Notes: a model not told the origin generated them from the letters alone. A stretch of DNA of 63,956 nt, filler included, from Octopus bimaculoides (GCF_001194135.2; 6 parts of 6 records of this genome joined end to end with filler, not necessarily neighbours in it); one strand, 5' to 3'; shown: positions 26,500 to 38,200, counted from the whole stretch's first letter. Numbers and translations: made by a program.

Positions 26500-27687
26500 A
26501 TGTCGCACTGTATCCAATATTGTGACGTTGTAGATTAAAAATAATGGGTTTGTATTGTCTGTCAAGTCACAACAAGGATCTTAGACTAACAGAACTTTAC
26601 ACAATATGCGTGCAGTTCCAAGCAATGCCGATTTTTGCAATACACCTAGATTGCAGGGTATTTCTAAAGGTTCCAGATGTTGCTTCAGGTTGGGTGGTAT
26701 TGAACCCAATGCTCCGATGACGACAGGGACAACCTTTATATTTCACTCTCATAGCTGACACATCTTAGCGATTTCAGCTCTCAAGTCTTCATATCTATCA
26801 GTTTTTTTCTCTTTCTTTCATGATAACGTTGATCTGGCACTGTCATGTCAATTATTAGGCACTCTTGTTTGTATCTCCTAAAGGTTACTATATTCGGCCT
26901 TCGGTGCTCTGACATAATGTCTGTCAGGAAGTCAAAGTCCCAGAGGACCTTTCTCTACCCCTTTTCGTCCATTACCGTTTCCGGTGTGTGTTGGTACCAA
27001 GCACCTGTTACCTCGTATCCATACTTCTGGCATAATGACCAGTAAAGGCTTTGGGCTACCTTGTCGTGTCTGCGTTTGTACTCTTTCTGCGCGAGGCCTT
27101 CACAACCATTAACAATATAAGTAAGGCTTTCGACCCTCTTCCCATATATTCTGCAGAAGTTCGTTGAAATTATGAGGTATATATCCCTTTTCACTGAGTT
27201 GGTCGTGGGCGGCGATGATTAGGCTTTTAGTCTTTTTTTTAACGTCACCTTTGCTGAGCAACCTTCATGATGCTTCCAGGTCTTTCAAGTTGTTAGTTTC
27301 ATAGTGGAACTGACCATTTAATCCCATGCGGAGTAGAGTTTCTTCTCCCTCGCTGACTATTCGTGATCGGAATTCATCAGCACCAGTCCGTTGCATTAGC
27401 AGCTTCCTGTAGCAGGTCTTGTTTGCTGCTTAACAAATACCCTGCTATGTTTTTTTCTTTCACTGTTGATGCACATCCGTACGCCAATCAAGCCACATCT
27501 ACCTTTATACTTTTTCAAGTAGAGCCTGTGTACGGTGGCCATTGCGTGGTAGACACCATGCATTTTTATTGTTTTTCTGATAGTGCGATTGAATTGTTTA
27601 ATCAACGCTTGTGTTCATTTCAGAATGGGTGCACTGTAGCGGTATACAGCAACAGCCTATATGTTGATGGCAGTTACAAGGCTCCTT
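26500..27687 (-). mobile_element. R4/Dong-type LINE 3' remnant #2
   Basis: MHGVYHAMATVHRLYL; FCRIYGKRVESLTYIVNGC..LAQKEYKRRHDKVA; VLWDF..RRPNIV; VVPVVIGALGSIP; LQKSALLGTAHILCKVL*. Confidence 0.9.
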
Positions 27688-27688
27688 A

Positions 27689-27726
<38 letters not shown>

Positions 27727-28310
27727 GAGTGAGAGAGCAGTGCATGCCATCAAAGTGACACTAGGGTAAAATATACGAAGCCCAGTATACCCATCATGAC
27801 TACCTGTCTGATAAGGGTACACCAGGCACATGCATCACAACCATATGTGCGCGACATGGTGATCTCATATCAAGATAAACAGCGCATGACCTTGCAGGTG
27901 GGGCCCAGTTAGAATTTTCTTCGGGTCGAGTAGCTCATCCCGCTCAAAAGGTTCCTGAATAAGGTTTGTTTAAGGACGTTGAGCAAAACACCCATGTTTC
28001 CAAAGGTGAATTATTCAAACCCCAAAGAACTCATCTCAACACATGGCTATGATGCTCCCCCACTACTTCTGCTCATGATCAGAGATGCACATATCATCAG
28101 CCACCAAGGGACATGCTCAACTGGTTATGGTCAAACAACTGACAAGCAAATCTGTGGTATTAAGCAGAATATTTGCTGTAGCCCATCTTTTATACCAAGA
28201 CAAAACAATGTACATGATAACACTTCCAATCAATTAAGATTAGGTTGCCATGAGAGCCATTGCTTGGTACTGCATCAGAGCAGTAGTAGCCCATCCTCCT
28301 CTAAAGGTCC
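27727..28310 (-). mobile_element. ~585-bp non-coding retroposon with (AAT)n tail, unclassified
   Basis: A colinear second copy lies at 63495-63907; both abut a (TTA/TCA)n tract at the same end. Confidence 0.8.
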
Positions 28311-28319
28311 TATTATTAT

Positions 28320-30292
28320 TTTCTTATACACTCAACAGATGAGACAGTTCGAAAAGCAAAGAATCCTAACATCGGGTACAACAAGTAGCCTTAGATACCA
28401 AGAACACTTTTATTGGGTTACAGCGATTAACCTTAGATTCCAAGAACCTTCCTAAGTATCCTAGCTGTTCCGAATGACATTAATTTTTTGAGCTGTACTA
28501 AACTAGGTTCTATGGTGTTTCCTGTATGCAATTGTTCAGATTCTTAGGGACAGTTTCCAATGCACCTATAACTACTAGAATACATTTTTCCCCGCACTTT
28601 CCATAGCCTCTGTAATTCAGTAGCTAGGTTCTAGTATTTTGTTATTTTTTCTATACCTCTAATATAAATTTTTCATCATTTTGCGACTGTAAAATCAATT
28701 GTCTGGCGCTTTCTATTCTCTTTATTGACTACTACCAAATCAAGCCTTCAGGTTTCTATTACTTTGTCAATCTGAATGCTAAAGTCCCACAACAACTTGT
28801 ATTTCTTACTTTCTAGTGCTTTACTAGGTTCGTGTTCATACCATTTATTACTATGTTCAAATTGTAGCTTTCTGCATAGCTCCCAGTGGATTGCTCTCCC
28901 TAGATAGTAATGACTTTTCTAGTAATCTTTTTGTGTCAGAATGCTACATTCACTTACTAAATGAGTAACGCTTTCCTCTTTTGATTTGCAGAATCTGCAT
29001 TGGGAATCTACTTGGTTTTTGTCTTGGCTGTTATCGAGTTAGTCCTTAATGCTTGATCTTGTGCTGCTACTAACAAATTTTTTTTGTTTCCGTCTTCAGC
29101 TTTCTTTCTGCAACCATAGCCATGTCTCTCTACTACTATTTGCTTCGGAATCTACCATGGAACGCTTTCTCCTGCCAGTCACATAATTTCTTTTATTTTT
29201 TCTGATTTTTAACATCTGTTGGGTTTTGGTTTCCCAATATCTTGCTGTAACTCTAGCAGCTTTTAATAAACTTTCTTTGCTATTTCCTACATAGGAGTCT
29301 ATATTTACTCTAGCTAACTCCACGCAGTTTTCTACTGATGCTAACCCTCTACCGCCTTCCTTCATAGGTAAGTATAGTCTTGCTTCTCCTGTCCTTGGGT
29401 GGAGTCCTGCATTCATATTGAATTCCTTCCTAGATCTTCTGTCTAGCTTTGCTAATTCAGATTCTATCCAATCTACAAAAGCAACTGAGTATCTAAGTAA
29501 TGATACTGTCCAAGTATTAAAGCCTCCACTACATTCGGACCATTTAGCTTTGACTTCATTAGCTTCCTCACCCTTCTGATGTATTCCTTCTCAGTTCTCG
29601 TTTTCATTTCTGTAGTTAGTACTCTGTCAGATTCTAATACTGTTAGATACTTATAACTCTCTCCTTTCAATGATTTTAATGTCTGGCCGTCTGGTAATTG
29701 GATGCCTTCGCTGTTGACTAACTGTCTCCTTCTCATGACTAATATTGCACACTTATTTATGCCAAATTTCATGCCTATATCCTTCATCAAAATTCTTATT
29801 CTGTATTAAGGAATCCCTGATACCCTACCTTTGCGTTCCTTAATACTGAACTGAGAGAGATCAAACATGAGACAAATATTAAAGGGGACAACAGGTCCCC
29901 CTGGAAAATTCCCCTTTTGATATTAACTTTCCCTAAGAGTGTGTCACCTGAGTAGAGATTTACTTTCTTCATGCTAAAGCTAGTTAATTCTCGTGTATTG
30001 TGTGCTACACTGAATATACTCAAACATTCACTTATCCATGAGTGTGGGATCATGTCAGGCTTTCCTATAATCTATCCAAACTATTGCTAGATTTATCTTT
30101 CTAGCCTTTACTTCATTTAGAGCTGCTTTGTCTATATGTAATAGATCATGCGTTCCTCTAGCTTTCTTTATACAGCCTTTCTGCTCTGGTAGTAAATTCT
30201 GGTCGTCAAGGTGCTCGTAAATGTTTTCTGAAAGCCTTCCTGTTAACAGCTTCCACACTAGTGATAAGCAAGTGATTGGTCTTTAGTTTTGC
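28320..30292 (-). mobile_element. R4/Dong-type LINE remnant #3 (RT to 3' end, 5'-truncated)
   Basis: RPITCL..WKLLTG; PEQKGC; WIDYRKA; KRGIFQGDLLSPLIF; DIGMKFGINKC; RLYLPMKEGGRGL; AAQDQALRTN; CRFC; LLWDF; GTARILRKVLGI*. The YMDD segment is deleted. Confidence 0.93.
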
Positions 30293-30299
30293 TTTTCAC

Positions 30300-31200
30300 C
30301 TAAGCATTTATAAGCTGACTGCCCTAAACAAAACGAAAAATAGACGGGCACCTCTCCTCTCTACACCAACAACGGCCACCAGAACTCTAGCGACAACAGC
30401 AGCAGCACCATCACCATCAGCACATTCAGCCATAGCACTACCAACACCAACAACCATACCGACATCGAGTTCACCCAAACGCTCCTCAGTACCCGAAGAG
30501 GTTCCACTTTCCGATGCAGAGCGGGTGAACATCACAGCTGGAGAAACAGACCGCAGTGAAGACTAGCAGCTAAAAATAAATTTTAAAAACCCGCAAAAGA
30601 GACAGAAGGAAAAATAAACAAATAGACAAACAACATAACAATCGTCATCCACACAAGAAGCGGAAAGGAAAAAAATCAAAACAACAAAAACAAATACACC
30701 CAAAACAAACACTACATCGACACCACCACCTCTACCACCAGAAACACAAGCCATTCCACACACGTAACAACAACAACAACAAACACAAATTAAAGACAGT
30801 AACATTACGAACTACATGGCAATAAACTCAAAAAACGATGAATTAATGAAATATATAATAACACGCACAGACATTACACCAAAAGGTTTTGTTACACCCA
30901 CATTCTCCCATCCTGCACACATTCAAATCATTCAAACAACACAAAACATACACACACTTAAAGATCCAATTCCCACAGGAAATCGAAGATTTTCGAGGGA
31001 ATATCACCAAGAGAATTCTCGATGATTTGCTGTTGGAAACACCCCAAGGCAACAGGAAGGATGGGCAATCCACCCTTCCAAACAAAACCAAAAAAAATGT
31101 ACTTGCCCCAAAAGTCAGGGCACCTATGGTTTTTATGGGGTTCTTCCATGTGCAGCCCTCGAACGTCTCCCCACCCCTATTGAGTATTACACATTGCTGA
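30300..31200 (+). pseudogene. Decayed A/C-rich ORF of unknown identity (possibly LINE ORF1-like)
   Basis: One frame runs 30276-31025 with four internal TAG/TAA stops, then shifts into the 30889-31200 frame. No domain recognised. Confidence 0.35.
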
Positions 31201-31368
31201 TCTCTTTTTTTCTTTTTTAAAATTTTACTAGTTTTGTTTACACGTGAACCCCGCACAACTATACATGCTCACACACACATTTTTTTCTTTTATCCTGTGT
31301 TGTGCATAATGTTTTTCTTCCTGTAAATCCTTGTGGTTAATAAGGAAATCAGTATTATCATTATTATT

Positions 31369-31880
31369 CTTTCGTAACAGAGTAGGTAAAAATGCACCAG
31401 AGTCTTTAGTCACAGATAATACTTTCCGTAAGATGTGCGCTGTGCCCAATAAGGCTGCTTTTTGCAAGACATCAATCTTGCATGGGTTTTCCAGTTGCCT
31501 TAAGAAGTTTTGAAGTTTTAATGGGATTGAGCCCAACGCTCTGATCACCACTGGTATCACTTTTACATTACCTTCTCGCATTCCATACAGTCTTGCCATT
31601 TCCACTTTCAGTTCAGAATACTTGGTGATTTCTTTCAACCTCTTTACTCACAGCATTCATGTCATTTGGTATGGCTACATCAATGATCTGACAGTACTTG
31701 TCTCCCTTACTCAATATGACAGTATCCGCCGACGGTGTTCGGTTACACGATACGTCTGAAAATCATAGTCCCAGAGTATCGTTACTTTTCCATCCTGCAT
31801 AAGTTTACTTGGTACATGCTTCCATCCACTTACCAAGTAGGTTACATTTTCCACACTCTTTCCTCAGAGTCTGCATTTCT
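31369..31880 (-). mobile_element. R4/Dong-type LINE 3' remnant #4
   Basis: KCRL*GKSVENVTYLVSG|WKHVPSKLMQDGKVTILWDYDF..RR.DTVI..CQIIDVAIPND..ITKYSELKVEMARLY..KVIPVVIRALGSIP..LQKAALLGTAHILRKVL. Confidence 0.9.
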
Positions 31881-31882
31881 GG

Positions 31883-32682
31883 GTTTCAAACGAGGTTACA
31901 GTGAATCACGTTTAAAGGAAAGAGCAAATGAAATAGCTAAGATTAGCAAAGATAGTCAAACCTACACGCATAATTTTAGCAAACACAATACAATAGATGA
32001 CAGAATTCCTTTAGTGTTTAGCTGGTACCGACGTTTCGCTGGCATTTCAAAAGTGTTGCATGAAAGTTACCAGCATGTGGCGAAAAAATATCCTCATTTC
32101 AAACAGATATTTCCTCAGCCGCCCATTGTAGCCTTTAGACAGAATAAGAATATAAGAGAATTATTGACCTCTATATCTGAATCCAAGAAAACGAACATTG
32201 GAGTATCAGCACGCTGTACTTTGAAGAAAAGCCGCAAGAGAAGTAAGCCCTGTTCATTGTGCAACAACATGAGTGAAGTGAATTCTATCAGGGATCATAA
32301 CACAAATGTTATGATTTATACAGAAGGGGGAACCTGTAAAGATTCCCATTTGGTGTACGCTGCAGAATGCACGAAGCACAACTTAATTTATATTGGTTGT
32401 ACAACAGAACGGTTAAACAAAGGGTTTAATGGGCACAGATTCGGCGTCAGACACAATAACAGTAGTTCAACAGAACTTGCTGAACATTTCGTTTCAAGCG
32501 GCTGCAATTTTGAAGAAGACTTGAAAGTGCATATTCTCAGAAAATATTCTGAATTTGCTTCACTTTCACTTCTCAAAATGCATGAGGAGAAATATGTTTG
32601 CGGGTTATTAACATCACGCCCTGGAGGAATGAATGAGATGACAGGAGAATATCATCAAATTTATACAAAACTGTTTGATTAA
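31883..32682 (+). mobile_element. Penelope-like element (Neptune-type) RT C-terminus + GIY-YIG endonuclease, open frame
   Basis: FKRGY; IPLVFSW; PPIVAFRQNKNIRELL; Cys linker PCSLC...TC; LVYAAEC..LIYIGCT; LAEHF; E..Y; PGGMNE. No stop over ~265 codons. Confidence 0.88.
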
Positions 32683-33252
32683 ATATTCTTTTTTTTTCTT
32701 CCCACTTTTTTCTGTCTTCTTTTTTGGGGGTTTTTTTCTATCTTTTTCTTTTCGCCTGTTATANNNNNNNNNNNNNNNNNNNNNNNNNNNNNNNNNNNNN
32801 NNNNNNNTTAATTAATTAANNNNNNNNNNNNNNNNNNNNNNNNNNNNNNNNNNNNNNNNNNNNATATGCATATATATGTATTACGTATATATGTTATATA
32901 TACATGTGCAATTGTAAGAACGTATATCTAAATGCATACGTATATATATATATATATATATATATACATAGATACACAAACAGAGATATGTATGTAGGTA
33001 TACATTCATACGTATATGAACATGCATGCGCGTACACACAGACATACACATATGTACATATGCGGCATTTGCAACGATGTGCAGATATATTTCATGAATA
33101 TACGTCAACTTTGACTGCGAAAATAGACCTTGTAATTAAACACAGCAGTTTATCTGCAAAACAGAATGGACAACTCGACTAGTTTCATCGCACAATATCT
33201 GCTTATCAGTTGTATTAAATTCAGGGAAGAGAGGGGGAGGGAGAGAGAGAAT

Positions 33253-33320
<68 letters not shown>

Positions 33321-33799
33321 TAGCTTATAATTATAATTCCAAATTATAGTTACGAATGTATATAACACACAACCTTGTTTCAACAAATGCTGCTTAGTAT
33401 TTTGTCTGGTAAAACCAGTTATCTTTATTCATTGCTAGGGACCTCGTTCTGGACTACTCGTAACGATTTGATGAAATTCATTTTTGATGAAATTCATTTT
33501 TGATGAAATTCATTTTTGAGATACTTGGTGGTCTGGTCAACGTCTATCAGACATTTGTGTACCAGACCCACGAATTCATATAAACCCTAGCGCACAGATT
33601 GTGTCACACATCGATTAGATCTTCCTGCAACTCTTTACAAAACATATTTAATTACCTACTTTCATTTTCGTATTTCTCGACAAACTCCCTGGACGAAGTG
33701 GAATACTCTTTTGTGACATACTTCACGTTTCTTCTTTTACCAAGAGTTGATCAGTGTCCCGTGTATCGTTGTGGCTAGCAACGCTAATGCTGCAGTGAA

Positions 33800-34118
33800 G
33801 ATGCATAGCTAAGTGGTTAGGGTATTCGGCTCACAATCGTAAGGTCGTGAGTTCGATTCCCGGCGGTGCGTCGTGTCCTTGAGCAAGGCACTTTATTTCA
33901 CGTTATTCCAGTCCATTCAGCTGGCAAAAATGAGTAGAACCTCTATTTCAAAGAACCAGCCTTGTCACATTCTGTGTCATGCTGAATTTCCTTGAGAACT
34001 ACGATAAGGGTCCACGTGTCTATAGATTGCTATACCACGTGTACGTTAATTTCACGAGCAGGGTGTTCCGGTGACCGGATCAACAGGGACACTCGTCGTC
34101 GTAATCGACGGAATGCCA
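33800..34118 (+). mobile_element. tRNA-headed SINE 'family B', full length
   Basis: A-box tagctaagtgg, B-box gagttcgattcc, then gtgtccttgagcaag; colinear with 62227-62547. Confidence 0.9.
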
Positions 34119-34182
34119 CTGCCATTGTGTTGTAATAATAATAATGATGATGATGATGATGGAATAGACAAAATAAATTCCC

Positions 34183-34590
34183 CCAAACTGGCTGAGCGAC
34201 ACATCAGTCAGAGAAGTGACTGAAGGTTTTTATTTGTAGAGCAAGATCAGAGCCTCCCTGCAAGATTTGTGCTTTATATTTGCTGTAAGTTGTGCCGGCA
34301 GTATGAAATGCCAAGAGAAAAGAGATGGTACAGGTGCATTCCAGAAAAGATCTCAGAAACCATTCTCTGGAATATGTCACTACACTTAGAGAGGAAGATC
34401 AAGGCTAACGACCAGATATTGGTGCCAAGGACCATCAACCAGAGAAAATGTTGCTTTCTGATCGATATATAAATCCCAACAAATGACGACGTCTCTCCAA
34501 AAGAAATGGAGAAACTATCGAAATTCAATGATCTGGAAAAAGAAACAACATGGATGTAGGGCTTGAAAACAGAAGTAACCCCAATTATAA
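34183..34590 (+). mobile_element. R4/Dong-type LINE remnant #5
   Basis: WLSDTSVREVTEGFLFVEQDQ|..CKLCRQY..RWY..TILWN..KIKAN..CFLIDI*IPTND..KEMEKLSKFNDLE; an (AAT/GAT)n tract lies upstream. Confidence 0.8.
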
Positions 34591-34805
34591 TCTTTTCTAC
34601 TCTAGGCACAAGGCCCGAAATTTTTGGGGGAGGGGACCAGTCGATTAAATTGACTCCAATGCGTAACTGGTACTTAATTTATCGACTCCGAAAGGATGAA
34701 AGGTAAAGTCGACCTCGATGGAATTTGAACTCAGGATGTAAAGGCAGACGAAATACCGCTAAGCATTTCGCCCAGCGTGCTAACGTTTCTGCCAGCTCGC
34801 CGCCT
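34591..34805 (-). mobile_element. CORE-SINE with tail 2
   Basis: Full head, CORE, and tail gggccttgtgcctagagtagaaaaga. Confidence 0.92.
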
Positions 34806-35518
34806 TACAATCCCTATAATAATAGATACTTTCGTTATGTTGAAAAAACATGCAGACAAATACGTAATTCAAAACCCCGGACTTACGAATATATATAACA
34901 TTGNNNNNNNNNNNNNNNNNNNNNNNNNNNNNNNNNNNNNNNNNNNNNNNNNNNNNNNNNNNNNNNNNNNNNNNNNNNNNNNNNNNNNNNNNNNNNNNNN
35001 NNNNNNNNNNNNNNNNNNNNNNNNNNNNNNNNNNNNNNNNNNNNNNNNNNNNNNNNNNNNNNNNNNNNNNNNNNNNNNNNNNNNNNNNNNNNNNNNNNNN
35101 NNNNNNNNNNNNNNNNNNNNNNNNNNNNNNNNNNNNNNNNNNNNNNNNNNNNNNNNNNNNNNNNNCAGACAAAATACCGCTAAGCATTTCGTCCAGCATG
35201 CTAACGTTTCTGCCAGCTCGCCGCCTTACAATCCCTATAATAATAGATACTTTCGTTATGTTGAAAAAACATGCAGACAAATACGTAATTCAAAACCCCG
35301 GACTTACGAATATATATAACATTGCTGAGCTGCACACATATCTTACATAGAGCACTTTTAATACAGCAAAATATGACATCAAAACAACCACAGTGCATAA
35401 GCATACAATAAAAATACATCAACTATATCATAATGATAACGATGATGATGATGATTACGATGATGATGACGACGACGATGACGACGACGATGACGATGAT
35501 GATGATGCCGATAATTAT

Positions 35519-35719
35519 CCTTTTTACTTTAGACATAAGGCCTAATATTTCTGTTTTGGGTGGAGGCTAGTCGATTACATCGACTCCAGTTCTCAGCTGC
35601 TACTTATTTCATCGACCGCGAAAGAACTTGAGACAAAGTCGATCAAGACTGCATTTGAACTCAGAAAGTAAAAACGGACGAAATGCTACCAAGTTAACGA
35701 TTCTGTCAGCTCGTTGCCT
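35519..35719 (-). mobile_element. CORE-SINE with tail 2 (older copy)
   Basis: Degenerate, colinear with 34591-34805. Confidence 0.75.
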
Positions 35720-35800
35720 CAATGATACCAGTAATAATAACAGCAACAATAACAAAAATAATACTAATGTCTTTTCTTTCTAATTTTGGCACAAAGTTAA

Positions 35801-36175
35801 GGCGGCGAACTGGCAGAATCATTAGCACGTCAGGCGAAATGCTTAGTGGGATTTCGTCGGCCATTACGTTCTGAGTTCAAATTCCACCTAGGTCGACTTT
35901 GCCTTTCATCCTTTCGAGGTCGATAAATTAAGTACCAATTACGCACTGGTGTCAATATAATCGACTTAATCCCTTTGTCTGTCCCCTCTATGTTTAGCCC
36001 TTTGTGGGCAATAAAGAAATAAGAATCGTTACCAAACCGAGAAAAATGCTTAGCGGCATTTCGTCCGTCTTTACGATATGGGTTCAAATGCCGCCGGGGT
36101 CGACATTGCCTTTTATCCTTTCAGGGTCGATAAAATACGTACCAGTCTAACATTGGGGTCGATGTAATCGATTAG
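35801..36175 (+). mobile_element. CORE-SINE dimer
   Basis: Junction aataaagaaataag|aatcgtta at 36023/36024. Confidence 0.9.
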
Positions 36176-36734
36176 NNNNNNNNNNNNNNNNNNNNNNNNN
36201 NNNNNNNNNNNNNNNNNNNNNNNNNNNNNNNNNNNNNNNNNNNNNNNNNNNNNNNNNNNNNNNNNNNNNNNNNNNNNNNNNNNNNNNNNNNNNNNNNNNN
36301 NNNNNNNNNNNNNNNNNNNNNNNNNNNNNNNNNNNNNNNNNNNNNNNNNNNNNNNNNNNNNNNNNNNNNNNNNNNNNNNNNNNNNNNNNNNNNNNNNNNN
36401 NNNNNNNNNNNNNNNNNNNNNNNNNNNNNNNNNNNNNNNNNNNNNNNNNNNNNNNNNNNNNNNNNNNNNNNNNNNNNNNNNNNNNNNNNNNNNNNNNNNN
36501 NNNNNNNNNNNNNNNNNNNNNNNNNNNNNNNNNNNNNNNNNNNNNNNNNNNNNNNNNNNNNNNNNNNNNNNNNNNNNNNNNNNNNNNNNNNNNNNNNNNN
36601 NNNNNNNNNNNNNNNNNNNNNNNNNNNNNNNNNNNNNNNNNNNNNNNNNNNNNNNNNNNNNNNNNNNNNNNNNNNNNNNNNNNNNNNNNNNNNNNNNNNN
36701 NNNNNNNNNNNNNNNNNNNNNNNNNNNNNNNNNN

Positions 36735-37080
36735 TATTTTCTCGAACCTAAAAGGATGAAAAACAAAGCCAACCTCGGCAGAATTTGAACTCTGAACTAA
36801 AAGACGGACGAAATGCCGTTCAGCATTGTTGCCTGGCGTGCTGACGATTCTTATTTCTTTATTTTCCACAAGGGGCTAAACATAGAGGGGACAAACAAGG
36901 ACAGAGATAGGGTTAAGTCGATTACATCGACCCTAGCACACAACTGGTACTTAATTAATCGACCCCGAAAGGATGAAAAGCAAAATCGACCTCGGCAGAA
37001 ATTGAACTCAGAACGTAACAGCAGACGAAATACCGTGAAGCATTTCGCCGGGCGTGCTAACGATTCTGCCAGCTCGTCGC
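36735..37080 (-). mobile_element. CORE-SINE dimer
   Basis: Junction aataaagaaataag|aatcgtcagc at 36849/36850. Confidence 0.9.
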
Positions 37081-37149
37081 GTAGATAAACGAGTAATAAA
37101 AGCTGCAATAACAACAACATAGTAGTAGTAGTAGTAATAAAAATACAAA

Positions 37150-37325
37150 TGGTTTCTAATTTAGACATAAGACAAGCAATTTTGAGGGGATGGAATTAGT
37201 GGGACGCATCGACTCCAATTCTTAACCTGTATTTTATCGACCGTGAAAGAAAGACAAAGTTGGCCTCGACGATGTTTGAACACGAAAGGCAAAGAGCGCT
37301 TAGGAAATACTACATGGCATTTTCC
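37150..37325 (-). mobile_element. CORE-SINE, degenerate
   Basis: Residual CORE (catcgactcc...ttttatcgacc.tgaaag) and tail. Confidence 0.6.
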
Positions 37326-38038
37326 CTACATTTTAATGATTTCTCCATTAATTTTTATTACGTATATACGAGTATCTGTGTGTGTATGTGTATACACACA
37401 CACATACACACACACAAACAAACAAATATATACATACATATATGCATATATATAGACACACATATATGCATATATGTATATATATGCACATATACATATG
37501 TATCTGTATATGTGTGTGTGTGTATATATATATACGTATATATCCCTTTATTTGCCTCTGTCGACTCACGTATATGTAGAGACTTTTTTTTTTCTTTCAG
37601 TCAAAATGCTAAATAGAATTTTGTTGTAGCCTAGAACATATAAACCAGACGCATTTCTTCTACGAAACGCCGTACCATTCTAACAAAACGATCTTATTTT
37701 TGGCAGTTGCACAAGACAGAAATGTAATAAATATGAGTAAACGTAATGATTTTCTTGCACACTTTTACGAAATTGGCTTTTAGCTTTCAATCAGCTTCGA
37801 ATTATTGGTTGATATATAAACTGATTTATGTGAATGAATCAAAAAAATATATAATTTATAACAAGTGGGCGAAGTTCGCTGTGTGTTCCATTCCATTCTG
37901 TTAGACAGCCAGAATATATATTTGACCTGATATTAACCAATAAATTAACTAATAAGTTAACAGATGGATAGTGGAGCGAAATTTTCCTCTATCTATGCGG
38001 CCAGTATTTGAATATATTTTGTATTACTAATAGCAGTT

Positions 38039-38200
38039 GGCATAGCCGTATGATTAAAAAGTTCGCTTAACGAAATCCTGGCTTCGGGTTCAATCATAAT
38101 GCACAGTACTTTAGGCAAGTGTTTTTGCCTGTAGACCTGGGCTAACCAAATGCTTTGTGGATGAATTTGGCCAATGGAAACTGCGGAAGTCTGCCGTGTG
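38039..38200 (+). mobile_element. SINE 'family C' 5' half, degenerate
   Basis: gggttcaatc...ggcaagtgt...gaatttgg..atggaaactg. Confidence 0.55.

Noticed and set aside
33470-33518. 16-bp unit gatgaaattcattttt x3
   Set aside because: Simple minisatellite.
33800-33870. tRNA-like A/B boxes (also 62227-62295 and 41370-41434)
   Set aside because: These are SINE heads that continue into SINE bodies, not tRNA genes.
34745-35323. ~158-bp duplication (34745-34903 vs 35166-35323) with a few SNPs
   Set aside because: It flanks a gap exactly; most likely two haplotypes of one locus.
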